Shown here: piece after piece, positions 1 to 13,764 of the stretch | Numbering within the stretch: position 1 is the first letter of the stretch | Layout: the number at the start of each line of letters is the position of its first letter | Origin: Paramecium tetraurelia | Taxonomy: Eukaryota | NCBI GenBank assembly: GCA_000165425.1 | Contig: CT867986.1 | Location: 186,001 to 250,000, forward strand | Direction of reading: 5' to 3' | DNA length: 64,000 nt | Program-made: the position numbers and the translations under genes | The notes under the pieces: model-generated | What the model saw: the letters and a program-made list of their open reading frames with translations, nothing else | Database searches by the model: none | Told to the model about the DNA's origin: nothing

Positions 1-74
1 TCGCATATATGGCATAAATGAATCCAATAATTACACCAGAATGGGAAAATCATTAACCAAGTTAAAAAGATTGA
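1..74 (+). CDS. Probable 3' end of a gene entering from outside the window
   Basis: Code-6 frame AYMAQMNPIITPEWENHQPSQKD-TGA followed by AT-rich sequence; too short to identify. Confidence 0.3.
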
Positions 75-1169
75 GTATTGTATTCGCATTTCATAAAATA
101 AATTAAATTATTTACTTATTGCATTCATTTAAATTTCGTTAGATTTTCTTTAAAATAAATAATCTATATATTTTTTATTCGTGTTTAAGATCTTTGTTCT
201 AAAATACTTGTAACCCAGGTGAAATTGAATGATATGCGTAATCATAAGTATAATTTAATTAATTTCATCAAGAACAAAAAGAATAAATAAAAATAATAAT
301 GGTTTACTAATTTCTAGTTTCATAAATCTCTAATTTGCCAAAAGTTACTGAATTCCAAAAATACAGTATTACAAGTATAAATATTTTTGATTTCTCAAGG
401 TCTTATTCTTTGTTTAATAATTTTATTCGGCTATATTATTATTTTGAATTAAATTATAAGAATCTCTTTGAAACTATGATTTTGATACTATGCAAATTTC
501 TTGAATTCTTAATATAAAGTATTTTCATTAATTTATTAACTTTATTTGCTTTCCATTTATGCATTTGAAATGAGTTAAAATACCCATTTATATTAAATTC
601 AGTCAAAATAAATTAAATATTCTTTTAATATTTTAACAATTTTAATGATTTAGATGTTATTGTTTGAATTATTTAGAATCAATCATACTAAATCGTTGTA
701 GAAATCAAAATTTATTTTCTTTTTGAATTACGATTGTTACATCTCATATTTTATGTCATTCTAAAGTTAAAGTAATGAGTATTAATATATATCTAATTAT
801 AATAATCAATTAAAATAATTTGTTATTCTGTTAACTTATTTATCTAATTATCAAAAGATCTATTAGAAATTCTTGTTATATATAGATTTAAATCATCAAG
901 AAAAGCAATCCTATCTAATTTTAAGGCTTTTGCACTAAAATTGGAAAATTTTAAATTTAACACAACTTTATTTTTGGGCTTCTAGATTTATTATTTTTTC
1001 AGGAAAATTGTAAAAAATTATTATGAATGAGATAAAAATAGAAGAAAAAGAATTTATAAGTGTTTGTTTCGAAATTCTATAATAACAGTCTAAATATATT
1101 AAAAATAGCAATTAAAGAGTCAGTGATTTAAGAGTAATTGTATATACTAAATACATAAAACAAATGTGT

Positions 1170-1602
1170 TCAATCACTCTGAAATTCATCTTCAGAATGT
1201 ACTTTATTTTCGGAAAAATATTATCTCATTATTTATTTGCTTCTCAATACAGGTTTTTCAATTTTAGGCAATTTTTTCTTTTTATGATTCCTTCTAAGGC
1301 GGGGATTGAAAGGATTGAATTTCTAATGGTGAGATCTTCAATAGATAAAATAATTACCTACATTAACTTGGACTTCTTGTACCGATAATCTAACTCATTC
1401 TTTTAAATAAAGGTTGTCCCTTTCTTTATGAATCTCCAGAGCCTTTGACTCTCAGTAAAAATTGAACGTATTATTAATGCTCTTCTTCACTCCAATGACC
1501 TGATTTAATAAGGGTACTATTGCTTAAATCTTATTATTTTGAATTATTTAAGTTTAACTCGAGATAATCTGGGTGTAATGATCCTGAATTTTCAGATTTC
1601 AT
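1170..1602 (-). CDS. Myb/SANT (SHAQKYF-class) DNA-binding protein
   Basis: GHWSEEEHQQYVQFL...FKRMSQIIGTRSPSQCR|SHHQKF across one 22-nt GT-AG intron; basic tail; TGA at 1170-1172. Confidence 0.85.
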
Positions 1603-2640
1603 TAATTTTTTCGATTTTGAATCTTAAAATAAATAATACTCTGAACCTAAATATAAATAACGATTTTAAATATTATTATTAATACTTTTATTCACTAAAT
1701 TCTTAATTTACTGAACCTAATGAATCCTAAATGGGAAGGTAATATCTTAAAAAATTAAAGAACAGAAATCCGGTTTAATTAAATCAAATTTTCTTTCAAA
1801 AGGCAAGTAGGAATAATTTTATCATGTTAAGTCAAATTTCTATTATAGATTAGGGATTTGCATATAATGAATACATATCTTGAACTTCAAAATAAATTAG
1901 TTGATATTTAAATATATTTTGAATTATAATTTATTTCCACAAAGTTGCAAAGTTTATGATTTAGTTTTTTGAGAATCAATAATAAGTCTTTTTGGTTGAT
2001 ACTTGATTGTCAATCTTGAGAATTATGATTAATTTATAAAAATATAGATGTTATGATATAATAAATTATTATAAAATTAAATTTAAAAAAAAGAGGATGT
2101 AATAGTCAAAAAATTAATAGATATATCATTTTTTTTAGAATTTTGATGATCACACAATCAATAATAATGATATATCAATAATTTTGAATGTAAATTAACT
2201 TATAAATATTTCGATATTCTTAATTGTTAAAGAGATATCTTATAATCTGATTGTGAATGGATGAAAGAAATAATTCAATGATATTGTATTCAATTGTGGA
2301 GTATAATGGGTTTTTGAAACATCGTGTTGTTTGAGTAGATTATCTATTATATCATTTATAACCTGAATATTAGTTTTGTGTTCTAATAAAGTGATTGAAC
2401 TCTTATTAGAGTCATTTATAATAGAGTGATTAAATGTCGTAAATTATTAAGATTATCCTCTTTAGTAGACAGATTTAAGAAAGGGAAATTTTTGAATTAA
2501 ACAAGATTGAGGATTGAAGAATAATAAAATAAGAATCAATAAATAAAAGTTTAATGTATGTTCATAAATGAATAAATATAAAATGAGTATTAATTCGAAA
2601 AGGAATTTAAAAAAAATTCAAAGATTTTTTTATATATTAA

Positions 2641-3874
2641 ATGTCTCACAGAAAGTTTGAAGCACCCAGACATGGAAATCTTGGATTTACACCAAGAAAG
2701 AGAACAAAGCATCACAGAGGAAGAATCCGAGCTTTCCCAAAAGACAATAAATCATCTCCAGTTCATTTGACAGCCTTTGCAGGATTCAAGGCTGGTATGA
2801 CACACATCTTGAGAACTGTTGAAAGACCAGGATCAAAATTGAATGGAAAGGAGGTCGTTGAAGCCGTCACCATCGTTGAAACCCCACCTTTGGCTGTCGT
2901 CGGTATTGTTGGATATATCGAAACACCAAGAGGATTAAGAGCTTTGACCACTGTTTGGAGTACAAAGATCGCAAAAGACACCTTGAGAAGATTCTATAAG
3001 AATTGGATCAACTCAAAGAAGAAGGCATTCACCAATTACAATAAGGCTAATGCTGAGCCAAAGAATTTGGAAACTCAATTAAAGAGAATCGTTAAGTAAA
3101 AATAATTTGCAATTATTTAAGGTATTGCTAAGTTGTCAGAGTCATTGTTCACACTTAAATGAGCAAATTGAACTTAAGATAAAAGAAGAATCACGTCTTT
3201 GAAGTTCAAGTCAATGGAGGCACAACAGAATAAAAAGTTAACTATGCCAAGGGATTATTAGAAAAGGAAGTCAAAGTAGATTAAGTCTTCAAATAAAACG
3301 AATAAATTGACGTTCTCGGTGTTACCAAGGGTAAGGGAGTTGCTGGTGTCATCAAGAGATTTGGTGTTAAGCATTTACAAAAGAAGACCCATAGAGGTTG
3401 GAGAAGAGTTGGTTGTATCGGAGGATGGCATCCAGCCAATGTCAGATACAGTGTTGCCAGAACTGGTCAATTGGGTTACCATCACAGAACTGAAATGAAC
3501 AAAAAGATCTACAGAATTGGTGCTGCTGGAGACAAGAACACTGCATCTACCGAAGCCGATTTGACTTCAAAGGCAATCACTCCATTGGGTGGTTTCCCAC
3601 ACTATGGTGAAATCAGAAACGATTTCCTCATGCTCAAGGGAGGTATTGTTGGACCCAAGAAGAGAGTCGTCTTGTTGAGAAAGTCTCTTGTTCCATAAAC
3701 TAGCAGAAAGGCTTTGGAAGAAATCACTCTCAAATTTGTTGATACATCATCCAAAATTGGACATGGTACTATCTTAATTCTATTTTATTAGGACGTTTCT
3801 AAACTCAAGAGGAGAAGGCCAAGTTCTATTTCACTAGAACCCAAAGAAAATTAAAGCAATAGTAACAATAATGA
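2641..3874 (+). CDS. RPL3: 60S ribosomal protein L3 (uL3)
   Basis: [16 protein letters not shown]...[16 protein letters not shown]; two 26-nt introns (~3096-3121, ~3766-3791); TAA/TAG read as Gln. Confidence 0.98.
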
Positions 3875-3947
3875 TGTATAATTATAAAAAGAAACAAATT
3901 TCATAATCTTTTTATATTATATAAATCTTTACTATACTTTTAATATA

Positions 3948-4480
3948 TCAGAATCTCAACTTAGAAAACAGGAATCTTGATTAAGCTTTTTTGTCTGCTA
4001 AGCTTCCAGCTGGTAAGGTTCTGTACTTTTCAGCCAAATACTTTCTCAAATTCTTTCTCAATTCCTTTCTTTTTTCAACATTCTTCAATTCAGATTCTTT
4101 GACTCTCTCAATTCTATCTCTGACTTCCTTTAATGTTGATTCTTCTAATCTATATCTATATTTAGGTAGTTATTTGTACTAACCTTGTTGGCATAATATG
4201 ATTTAAGTTTAATTGTTTAATGAACACTTTTAATGTGGTTCGCTTTCTAATTTATTTTTATCCCATTCTCTTTGTTACTTTTCTAGGATATCTTTGTATT
4301 CCTACAACCAAACCATTTGGGAATTTGCAGTCCTAAACCATTGTTTTTATATATACTTTTGTAGTTTCTTCATTAGCCTTAATTAAAATTGCTTTTTTTC
4401 CAGCATATCTGCCTGCTAACAAAACAATCAATCTTCCTGGCTTTAAACTTATATAAGAGCAATTCTTACAATTTTCCCAT
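3948..4480 (-). CDS. RPL27: 60S ribosomal protein L27 (eL27)
   Basis: MGKFLKPGRLIVLLAGRYAGKKA...NHIMPTRY...FLFSKLRF; three tiny introns. Confidence 0.97.
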
Positions 4481-4588
4481 TTCAAAACTCTAAATAAATC
4501 TTTTTAATTATTTAATGCAAATTCTTTAAATTTCATAAACACAAAATATTCCATCTATAAAATTATACATTCACACAATAACTCAAAC

Positions 4589-7287
4589 TCAAATCAACAA
4601 CATCAGTAAACTAACAATCAAGAAAGTCACACTATCAAATATATACTTAAATTGGACATCAATCAATCCTCCAGCATTTTCGTAACTGTGAATTTGTGTA
4701 AATTAAATTTGGATATAAAAATTAAACAAGAACATTAATTTGAACAGATTATTTGAATTCTTCACTAGATTAATATTAGTATCGAATAATTACCTTATCT
4801 TTCATTTAGCTCTCCATGTTTACATAATTTTGGCCCCATATACCTAATAAAAACTAAGCCAGCCAAATAAGGTCCCAATAAAAACAGAGTCAAAATTAGA
4901 GGGTTTAACCATAAGTGGAATTCTTTGACACCCACAAAGGCTCTGTCCACTTTGATTGATGAAATCGTGCATCTATTTCCAAAAATAAACCAAGTTATTT
5001 GGCAAATTAAGGTCATCATGGCAAAAAATGACAACATCGAAAATTTCAACAAATTCCTCCAATGAAAGTATAAAAAGATAAAAATTAATATTTCATATGA
5101 GTAAATGGCTAACCCATATTTGTCTGATACTACAATGCATGAAAATAATAAAAAAATTGGATCCCTTGAGAAGTAATAGTATATAGAAATTGCATAGATG
5201 ATTTTTGGAATGTGTAGGATTACAAATTCTTAATATGGTTGATCTTATATAGTTGTATCAGGATAAATGTAAAACATGTCAATAAGAATTAATCCAAATT
5301 ATCCTATTATTTTATCTAAAATATTGTTCTTTTTCTAATACATAAATAAACAACTATGTAGAAATAATGCAGGCAAGTATAGGATATATTCTTATTCAAG
5401 TAAAAATTCATAGTTTTATTATGCTAGATAAAATTATTCAAAATTTAATGCATAGTAAATAATGATAGCACTTACACATGAAATAACACCGTCTTTGATT
5501 TTAGTTATACTTGTAGCATCCTCTTAAGTATCAGCTAATCTTGAAAACAAATTGAATATACAAATCACTGAGCTTAAAACTAATAGTTCGATGATTTCAT
5601 TATACAAATAACTTTCCTCAAACTTTTTTTGTTGAATTGACAATAATAATTGACCTTGAAGGATTACTTTGTAAATAAAAAAGAGCAACAGTAACAGTTA
5701 AAATAATTTAGAGAATCGATTAGTATTTAACCTAATTGTATTTGGTTTTTCTATTAAATCCCATTGATATTAGTTTTGGTTTTAAATGTGGTTCTTTTTG
5801 ATTTTGATGAAAATAGCAAAATTAATATATATCATTAACAAAATTAGTATTATTGTTATTAAAATTTCTATTTCATAGAATAAATATAATAAGGCTGATG
5901 AGATGGCTAACATAATTGTTACTTACTTATTATTTGAAAAGATATGCTTAACAGCTGCAGCAATTTATTATATTGTTAAGGGATCATCATCTTCTTAGGC
6001 TTAAAATACGATGATCATAACAAAAATAAAAAAGATAATTATTAAGAATTGTAATACAAAACTTAAATTGAGTAATGGAATATCATATTCATTCCATATT
6101 TTTCTAGCCACAATTTAAATGTCATTCATAAGAATTAAAGCATCTCTGCATGTTTTAACTTCTGAATACTGATTTTACCATTAATTTTTCTAAAAATAAC
6201 TAAACTTCCCTTGTCGACTGTGCACAGTTTCAACAAAATGCCATACTTATTTCAGATTATTAAGACAATGCTCTTCACTATTAAAAAATTCATTCATCAG
6301 ATATCCTAGATTACTAAAAGGTATTGGAATTCCTAAAAGAGTGGCTAATGTAGGTACAATATCAATTTAACTAATCTTTCTAATATATTCAGATTAGTTG
6401 ATTAAGGTTGATTGATAGTTATCTTTTAGCTCAGGAATGTTTTCCATATACCTAGGATAAAACTTTCCTTATTTCCTAGTTGCAAAAAATAATGTGTTAG
6501 TTTCTTCTGTGCTATTTCCACCATGATTGCCATCATTAGCCATCCCATGATCACCTGCAACAATTAGAACAGTATCATTTGACATTCTTTAGTAAATTAG
6601 GTAAATGATTTAATCTAATTGACTTAATTTTTAATCTAAATTAGGATTATTTAACACTCGATTATTCTTATGACCAGCATGATCCAAACCCAAAAAATGA
6701 GATACAATCAAATCATACCCTTTATCTAAATTCTCCAATATTTTATCGCAATTGAATTGATCAACAGAATGCATATCTCCAATATTAAATGATTTTTGAG
6801 GAAACTACAGTGTAAATTAATCAGGATAGAGTCCTATCCAGGTATCATCTCCTGAAAAAAGAGTCTTCTTATTAAATTTCTTCATTTGAAACATTATATT
6901 GTCTTCTTTAATCTAGATTAGACTAATACATACCTCTGAAGCATGAAAGTTATCCAACAATTTGGATAAGGGGGGGAAATTACCACTTGTCATTGCTTGT
7001 AATCTTGGACCTGTTACAGTAGGGACTTCTGCAAAAGATAAAAAAAATAAGGATTAGTCTGGGTGGCTTTAGGTCATATTTTTGATAAAAGTGAAATGTT
7101 CACTCACTGCTAAATCAATGCGGAATGAATCAATAACTAAAAGTATTACAGGTTATGTAGGTTTCATAGTTCCTTCAGTTGTATCCAGTAAGTATCTACG
7201 ATCTATGAAATATCCTCTAAAAAATAAAAGTAAACCAAGCAAGTAGAAGACTACAAGAGTAATTATCAAGCATTTTGTTTATTTCAT
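4589..7287 (-). CDS. GPI ethanolamine-phosphate transferase (PIG-O/GPI13- or PIG-G-like)
   Basis: N-terminal TM; LLVIDSFR, PTVTGPRLQAMTSG, GDDTW, HFLGLDHAGH, GDHGM..GNHGG, QIDIVPTLATLLGIPIPFSNLG; multi-TM C-terminus with FGNRCTISSIKVDRAFVG. Confidence 0.9.
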
Positions 7288-7395
7288 TTTTAATTTAATA
7301 TTAAAATTAACAATAATATATATATCTACAAGAATAAAGTTTGATTCCAAAATCAACAAACATTTATAACATATTTATAATATTGTACTTAAATC

Positions 7396-8012
<617 letters not shown>

Positions 8013-9122
8013 TGAATAATATATAATTTAATTTATTTTAAATCTAATTTCAAATTTAATTATCCTTATTCACTTGGAACACTTCATTGATTATAATGAA
8101 ATATCAGTCTCTATACGCAAACCTTAATCGTTAACTCTCCCCTTCTTCTTTTAGTTTTCCAAAGGATATTTGAAACTGTTCAAATTAATATTAACTTATA
8201 AATGTATGTATCCACTATTCAAATTATTCGATATTTTCAATAAGGTTTCGAATTAGATTTAGGATATATCTAGAATTGGCTTCTCTAAATGAAATACCAA
8301 TAATCTTAATACCCCATAGTCAGTATCTAATATTAATTTTATTTCCATATTAATTAATGTAATTAAACCCAGTATTTCTGTTGTTATCATGGAATGGCCA
8401 TTCATACAACTACTTGATAATCAAAAACAATTGGAGAAATGAGTAAAAATTTTAAGGCTGTTATTTATCTCAAAAAGTCATTTATTTGTATGACTACATT
8501 CTTGATGTTTTATATCATATTGTCATATACTAATGATGATGATTTTTATAATAATATATTATAATATCACTCTATTTTGATGAATCAGAGATTAGCTTAA
8601 TATTAGCATGCTTCCAGTTCTATTTAAACATTTGTTGTATACATAATAAGATTTTTCTAATATTGTGAGAATTTGATAAGCATGATAGCTTTATTTTACA
8701 GGATGCTTTTTCAAAATTTTCAAAATTTGTAAAATCTTCCCTTTTGTTTCTCCTTTTAAATTGATTAATTCTTTAATATCTATAATCTTCCCTTGCTTCA
8801 ACATTATTCTTTATACCAACTGAGTATTCATTCTTATATTTATAAAAATTACAAATTATCGGCACATGAAATTTACTCTGTGGATTAAAAAATACTCTTT
8901 ACTCATTATTTACATTTAAAATTCACTATAACTCTTAATTCTCAAAAATTATAGTATATTCCCTTTCATTAATTTATAATTTAGTGTTCTAAACAGGTTA
9001 ATGAAGAAAGTTCACAACTAAAATCTTTTCTTTCAGGGCATTATTTAGATTTATGAATAAATGCATATAATTCCAAATAAAATAACATAAGTATAAACTC
9101 ATAGATAAAGTTTGGAACCTCT

Positions 9123-9351
9123 TCAGCTATTACATGTATTTGTTTAAGTGGTGCTTCTTCTTCTCATAATGGTACTATTAACTAACTTATACATTCAAGG
9201 ACATACCTATTGACTATAAATTAATTTCCCCCCATTAGTAGATTAACATTTTTCTTGCTCCTTAATTTTTCAATTGATATATATATTCTTTGTTTTTTAC
9301 CTCTGACTCCAGGATAATTGGCTTCTCTTATTTTCTAATATGACAACCCAT
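9123..9351 (-). CDS. Small (~67 aa) putatively N-acylated protein
   Basis: MGCHIRKQEKPIILESE...SIVNSTIMRRRSTTQTNTCNS-TGA; one 25-nt intron restores the frame. Confidence 0.6.
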
Positions 9352-9469
9352 ATGAGTAAGTTTTCTATTGATAATATTAAATAAGATTTATTGATTAACA
9401 ATATAAATTTCCATTATGTAGTGTAAATAATGAATATTGTTTACTTCTGAATTTTTCAAATTATTAAGA

Positions 9470-10260
9470 ATTTCTTACTCTACATGACTTAAATAAAAAT
9501 TAAAGGTATACATAGGAAAATAAAACATAGAAGTTGCCTAAATTTAAATTGAAAAATTTCTTTCAATTGTCAATTCGACTTGTAGAGATTTCTGTGGAAG
9601 CTCTCGATGGTCATATTAAACTGCATAAAACTCTCCTTAAGTGAAAAACAAAAAATCAATCGATAAAACTGAATAAAAAACAATAAAAACAAAGAAGAAA
9701 TTAAATATTATCGTGATAATATGAAAATTAAAATCATTAATTGTATTATATATCTTCAAAATAAAATATTCATGTTTTTTTAATAAAGTTTATAGGGAAC
9801 CTCTCTTTTGATTTTGATCAGAAAGTTATTTCCAATACTGTGCTCCAGAGATTCTCAATCTAAAGGTTATTATTGCTAACCTGGACGTCTAATTTACGTA
9901 TGTTTCAGAAATTAATGATTTCCTTTTTATAATTTGATATTTTTATAAATTAGTGAATAATTGTAGATTCTTTACATAAAGTTAGAATTCATTTACATAA
10001 TAACTGTTCAATATTTTAAAATGCTAATTTAAATTTAATTTATTCTAGGTATTTATTAAAATAATTTTTAGCAATTAGATACTGTTTCAAATCAATAGGT
10101 TAACTTCCATAAAATTTCTCCTATTATTCAAATTTGTTGCCTCAATTATTCCACCCTTTTTGGAGTTATTCATATTTAAGTTCATTTAAGAAGCACTATA
10201 TTACTATAAAATACAGAATTTAGTTTTTCAGGAATATGCAAAGGATGCCATAATAATCTT
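9470..10260 (+). pseudogene. Possible decayed protein-kinase relic
   Basis: Disconnected kinase-like fragments in catalytic order: LH..IHRKIK (~9480-9525), FCGS (~9590), YCAPEIL (~9836-9856), PPF (~10151); no continuous frame. Confidence 0.3.
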
Positions 10261-10341
10261 GTGATCAAGAGTGTTTTATTTTAATAATTAGAGTTTATGC
10301 TTAAATTGATCAAAAATTATCAAATATATAATTATTTATTT

Positions 10342-10842
10342 TCATTTTTCTAATATGCCTAATCCAGTGCACATTCCAAAGCATTATAAACAATATAGTA
10401 TCATTGCAAATATAAAATATAGGATTGTGAATTTTCTCAAGTTTCCACATGGTTCATGAAGGTAAAGTGCGTACTAAAAATAATTAGATAAAGTACAGCA
10501 ATTAAAAAGGTAAAAATAATTCCAATAATTCCAGAAATGAGTTAAATCTGATCAACTCCAATCATACAGCTTTTATCTTTCAAGGCAACTGAGGCAAATA
10601 AGAATAATCTATAATAATATATGTGAACTAACATTAGCAAAGCTGCTATTGTAAAGCAAAATATCCCATAATAATGTGAATATGTTCTTAATAAAACGCA
10701 ATCACTACTTTCTAAATCAGATGAACTAATAGATGTTACCGAAATGCTTTTCCTTAGAACTCAAATACAAAAAGGATCCACCGATCACAGAAACAACGAT
10801 TATTGTTAATACTGTGATGTTTTGCCTTGTTTGGGAATTCAT
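10342..10842 (-). CDS. Small four-TM membrane protein, unknown function
   Basis: MNSQTRQNITVLTIIVVSVIGGSFLYL...; four hydrophobic segments; three 23-28 nt introns. Confidence 0.75.
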
Positions 10843-11530
10843 TAAATAAATTTTAATAATAGAAATTTTAACAACTCAAAAATTCTAAGATAGAAACCTT
10901 AATGGTAACCCTAAGCTCTTTATAAACTCAAACTAACTGTTCAATTAAAATTAATCTATATAAATGAGATTCCTACAAAAAATCCAGCATTCATATGGTA
11001 ATTTTAATAAAATTACAAAAACTTTAATATCAATTAAAAACGTATTCGTTTTAAATATAAGGTGCTTTAATAGTAATAAGAAACTCAATTAAAAAATTAT
11101 AAAGTTGAATTGCAAAGTAGTCTAGCTTGAAATCTATTGTAGTTCAAATCTGAAATTGGAAATGTATTTAAAAATAGGAATTTGAAGATTTTGTAATGAT
11201 TTAGTGATTTTTAATTTATTTCCAAACCGAAAATTAATAAATCAATAATTCAACGAATTATCATATTAAATTAAGGTAGGCTTCATAGAATAGTATTATA
11301 AAAATTTGATTAAGTCAAATAATGGTACTGCATCAATTAATTAATTTATATTAGTGTTTAATAAAAATTATTTAATTTAACTTAAATAGTTTACTTGAGG
11401 CAGTTAAATATAATGGGTATTTTGTTCACTTGATATATGTGTGTGGATTGAGATTGCATATTTTGATATAAAAAACAAATAATATATAATAATAATAAAA
11501 TAATGATAAGAATAGAAAGTAGATGTATGT

Positions 11531-11955
11531 TCAAATTTAGTATTAATTAAGAGGGACTTAAGGCAGTTCTTATGTTTCTTTAATTGAGTCAAAATTGTTA
11601 GTAATAGGTGATTAATGATCAACCTACTTTTCATTCAATAGATATGCTAACAAGCTCCCTGGTGGTTATACTTCTTTTCTGTTGTTGTTATCTAGTGATT
11701 CGTGCTTCTTAAGCAAAAATTAATTTGTATTGTAAGGAGAACCAAGAGACTCCCCATTAATGAAAATGATGTAAATTTTTTTTTTGATTTTTTTCTTTAT
11801 ACCTAAGACTTTCTTTGACTTCATTTAACCTTCCAATGTTGTAGTTTTCGAAAATGTAGGTATATTGGTTGATTTCTCTCTATTTTATTTGTTATTACAA
11901 AAATGAGTTGTCTGCGTTTTAAATCAGAGAAAACCGAGGGGGGTATGTAATTCAT
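11531..11955 (-). CDS. Small protein with basic tract and HEXIM-like PYNT motif
   Basis: KSKKVLGIKKKIKKKIYIIFINGESLGSPYNTNQFLLKKHE...PPGSLL; joining the 5' exon needs a 23-nt intron ending GAG or an indel, so the start is uncertain. Confidence 0.65.
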
Positions 11956-12277
11956 TAAAAGGTTATAATATTATAATATGAAATTTAACAAATACTAGAA
12001 TTCTAAGTTCAATTTTGAAAAGGCATAATAATTAAGTTAGGAATTAAACAAGCAAGGAAACAGAAATTATGTGAAAAGTAGTGTGTTGTATATTTTGTTT
12101 TTGAAATATTAATGAATGTGTTAATGAGTACTTGAATAAATTCTGGTAATTTAAAAGCTTGCGTAATGATTCTTGAAGGCGATAATGGAATTTAGCAGTA
12201 ATTAAATTAAAAATTTAGATCATGGATTCTATCATCAAAATAGTATTAAAGGTTTAAAAGTTGTGATTAAATTCATT

Positions 12278-13729
12278 ATGTAATAATAATAAAAGAAACC
12301 AAGTTGGATTCAATAATTATTTTGTGGGTGCGTTCGAGAAGAACCTCTTCATTAAGACCAGAAAATACAACGGTTGTCCAGTAAAATGGAAATTCAAAAG
12401 CAGAAGCCTGTGAATCTAATATCTATGTAACAACAATCCGAAGGTTGGTTGAACAAGACTACATCACAAGAGGTTGATTATTCAGCAGATGTAGAAAGGG
12501 ATGCGGATTTAGATGAGGATCAGGAAAAGATTTATAAGAGACATCTATCTTATTTGGAGCAAAATTCTCAGCTGCAAAAGACAAGCTTTTCGGATGTAAA
12601 TATTATGGAATAAAATAGGAATTCAATTCAAATAATATTGAAATGAAGTTATTGCATCGGATAGGTGGGTTATTATCAAGATAAAGCAATATCTAAATAG
12701 AGATTTAGTCACATTTATGGATAATGAAAATATTCAAAGACGTCCAATTAGTTGTGCAAGACAAGGAGTTCGAATAAAAATTTAAATCTCAATTGATTAA
12801 TTCTGCTATCGTTGACATCATGAACTAGAGAATTAAGACGAACACTATTTTATTGGCTCATGATCCAACAGGATCCATATTACTTAAATTGGCAAGTCCA
12901 AGTAGAAAGATCTAATACTTATAATAGGATAAGACTTTCTCAAATATCATAGATAGAGGGATTTGTATGTTGAAAGTGAAAGTGGATAAAGTTTTAAAAA
13001 TGGATTTGGATTAGAAAGTAGATGTTGTCATTGTTAATTTATATTATGTTGATTGCAAAGATAATCTAAAGAACATTATGTATGAGTATCTGCAGTATGC
13101 TCATGACATTATTATTCTTTTACAACCAAACATAGAAAATTCCATAATCTATGATTCTGCTGAGTAAGCTATCTCATTAACTGAACAAGCTAATTAAAAT
13201 TGCAGTGTTGAACTGTAATGTCTGACTGATAGCAATAACAATAATATAGCTAAATTGCTATATTACGGTGACATCACGGAAGTACTTATTTTGGTGATTA
13301 TCTTAGATTACATTAAATGACGAATTGAACTTTGTTTACTCATGCATTGATTCCTCAATCAAGAAACAATATAATTATAAGCTCATGCTTAGAGATTTAA
13401 GAAATCAATTGGGTATGAGCAAACTCATCAGAAAACTTAGTCAATCTCAGATCATTTCAGGTATTGGATCTTTTCCTGATTTTGTCACTAGTATAAATGG
13501 AAGCATCAAAAAATATTAGTTGATGAATGTACAAACTAAAGATTTTGAAAATGAGAATCAAGATGCAAAACATAAATTAAGTGAATTGCAGTCTTCATCC
13601 TCATCAACCGAGTCAGAACCTGAAGATTATTAGGATAAAATTGGTTCATTTAGTGAGTCATATAATCAATCTTAGATATTGGAACCTCTTTAGTCCAAAC
13701 ATTGCAATTCATAACACTTTAATATTTGA
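12278..13729 (+). CDS. Protein with degenerate TGS1-like (trimethylguanosine synthase) methyltransferase fold
   Basis: Long code-6 ORF with one 25-nt intron; TILLAHDPTGSILLKLA, KVDVVIVN, IILLQPN, CSVELQ..KLLYYGDI occur in TGS1 motif order; N-terminal WIQQLFCGC. Confidence 0.6.
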
Positions 13730-13764
13730 TTCATATACATTGTTTATAATATTCTAAAATTAAA

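Noticed and set aside
12160..12270. Possible C/D-box snoRNA in the HEXIM-like/TGS1-like spacer
   Set aside because: Only a partial C-box-like ATGATT; no matching CTGA D box or terminal stem found
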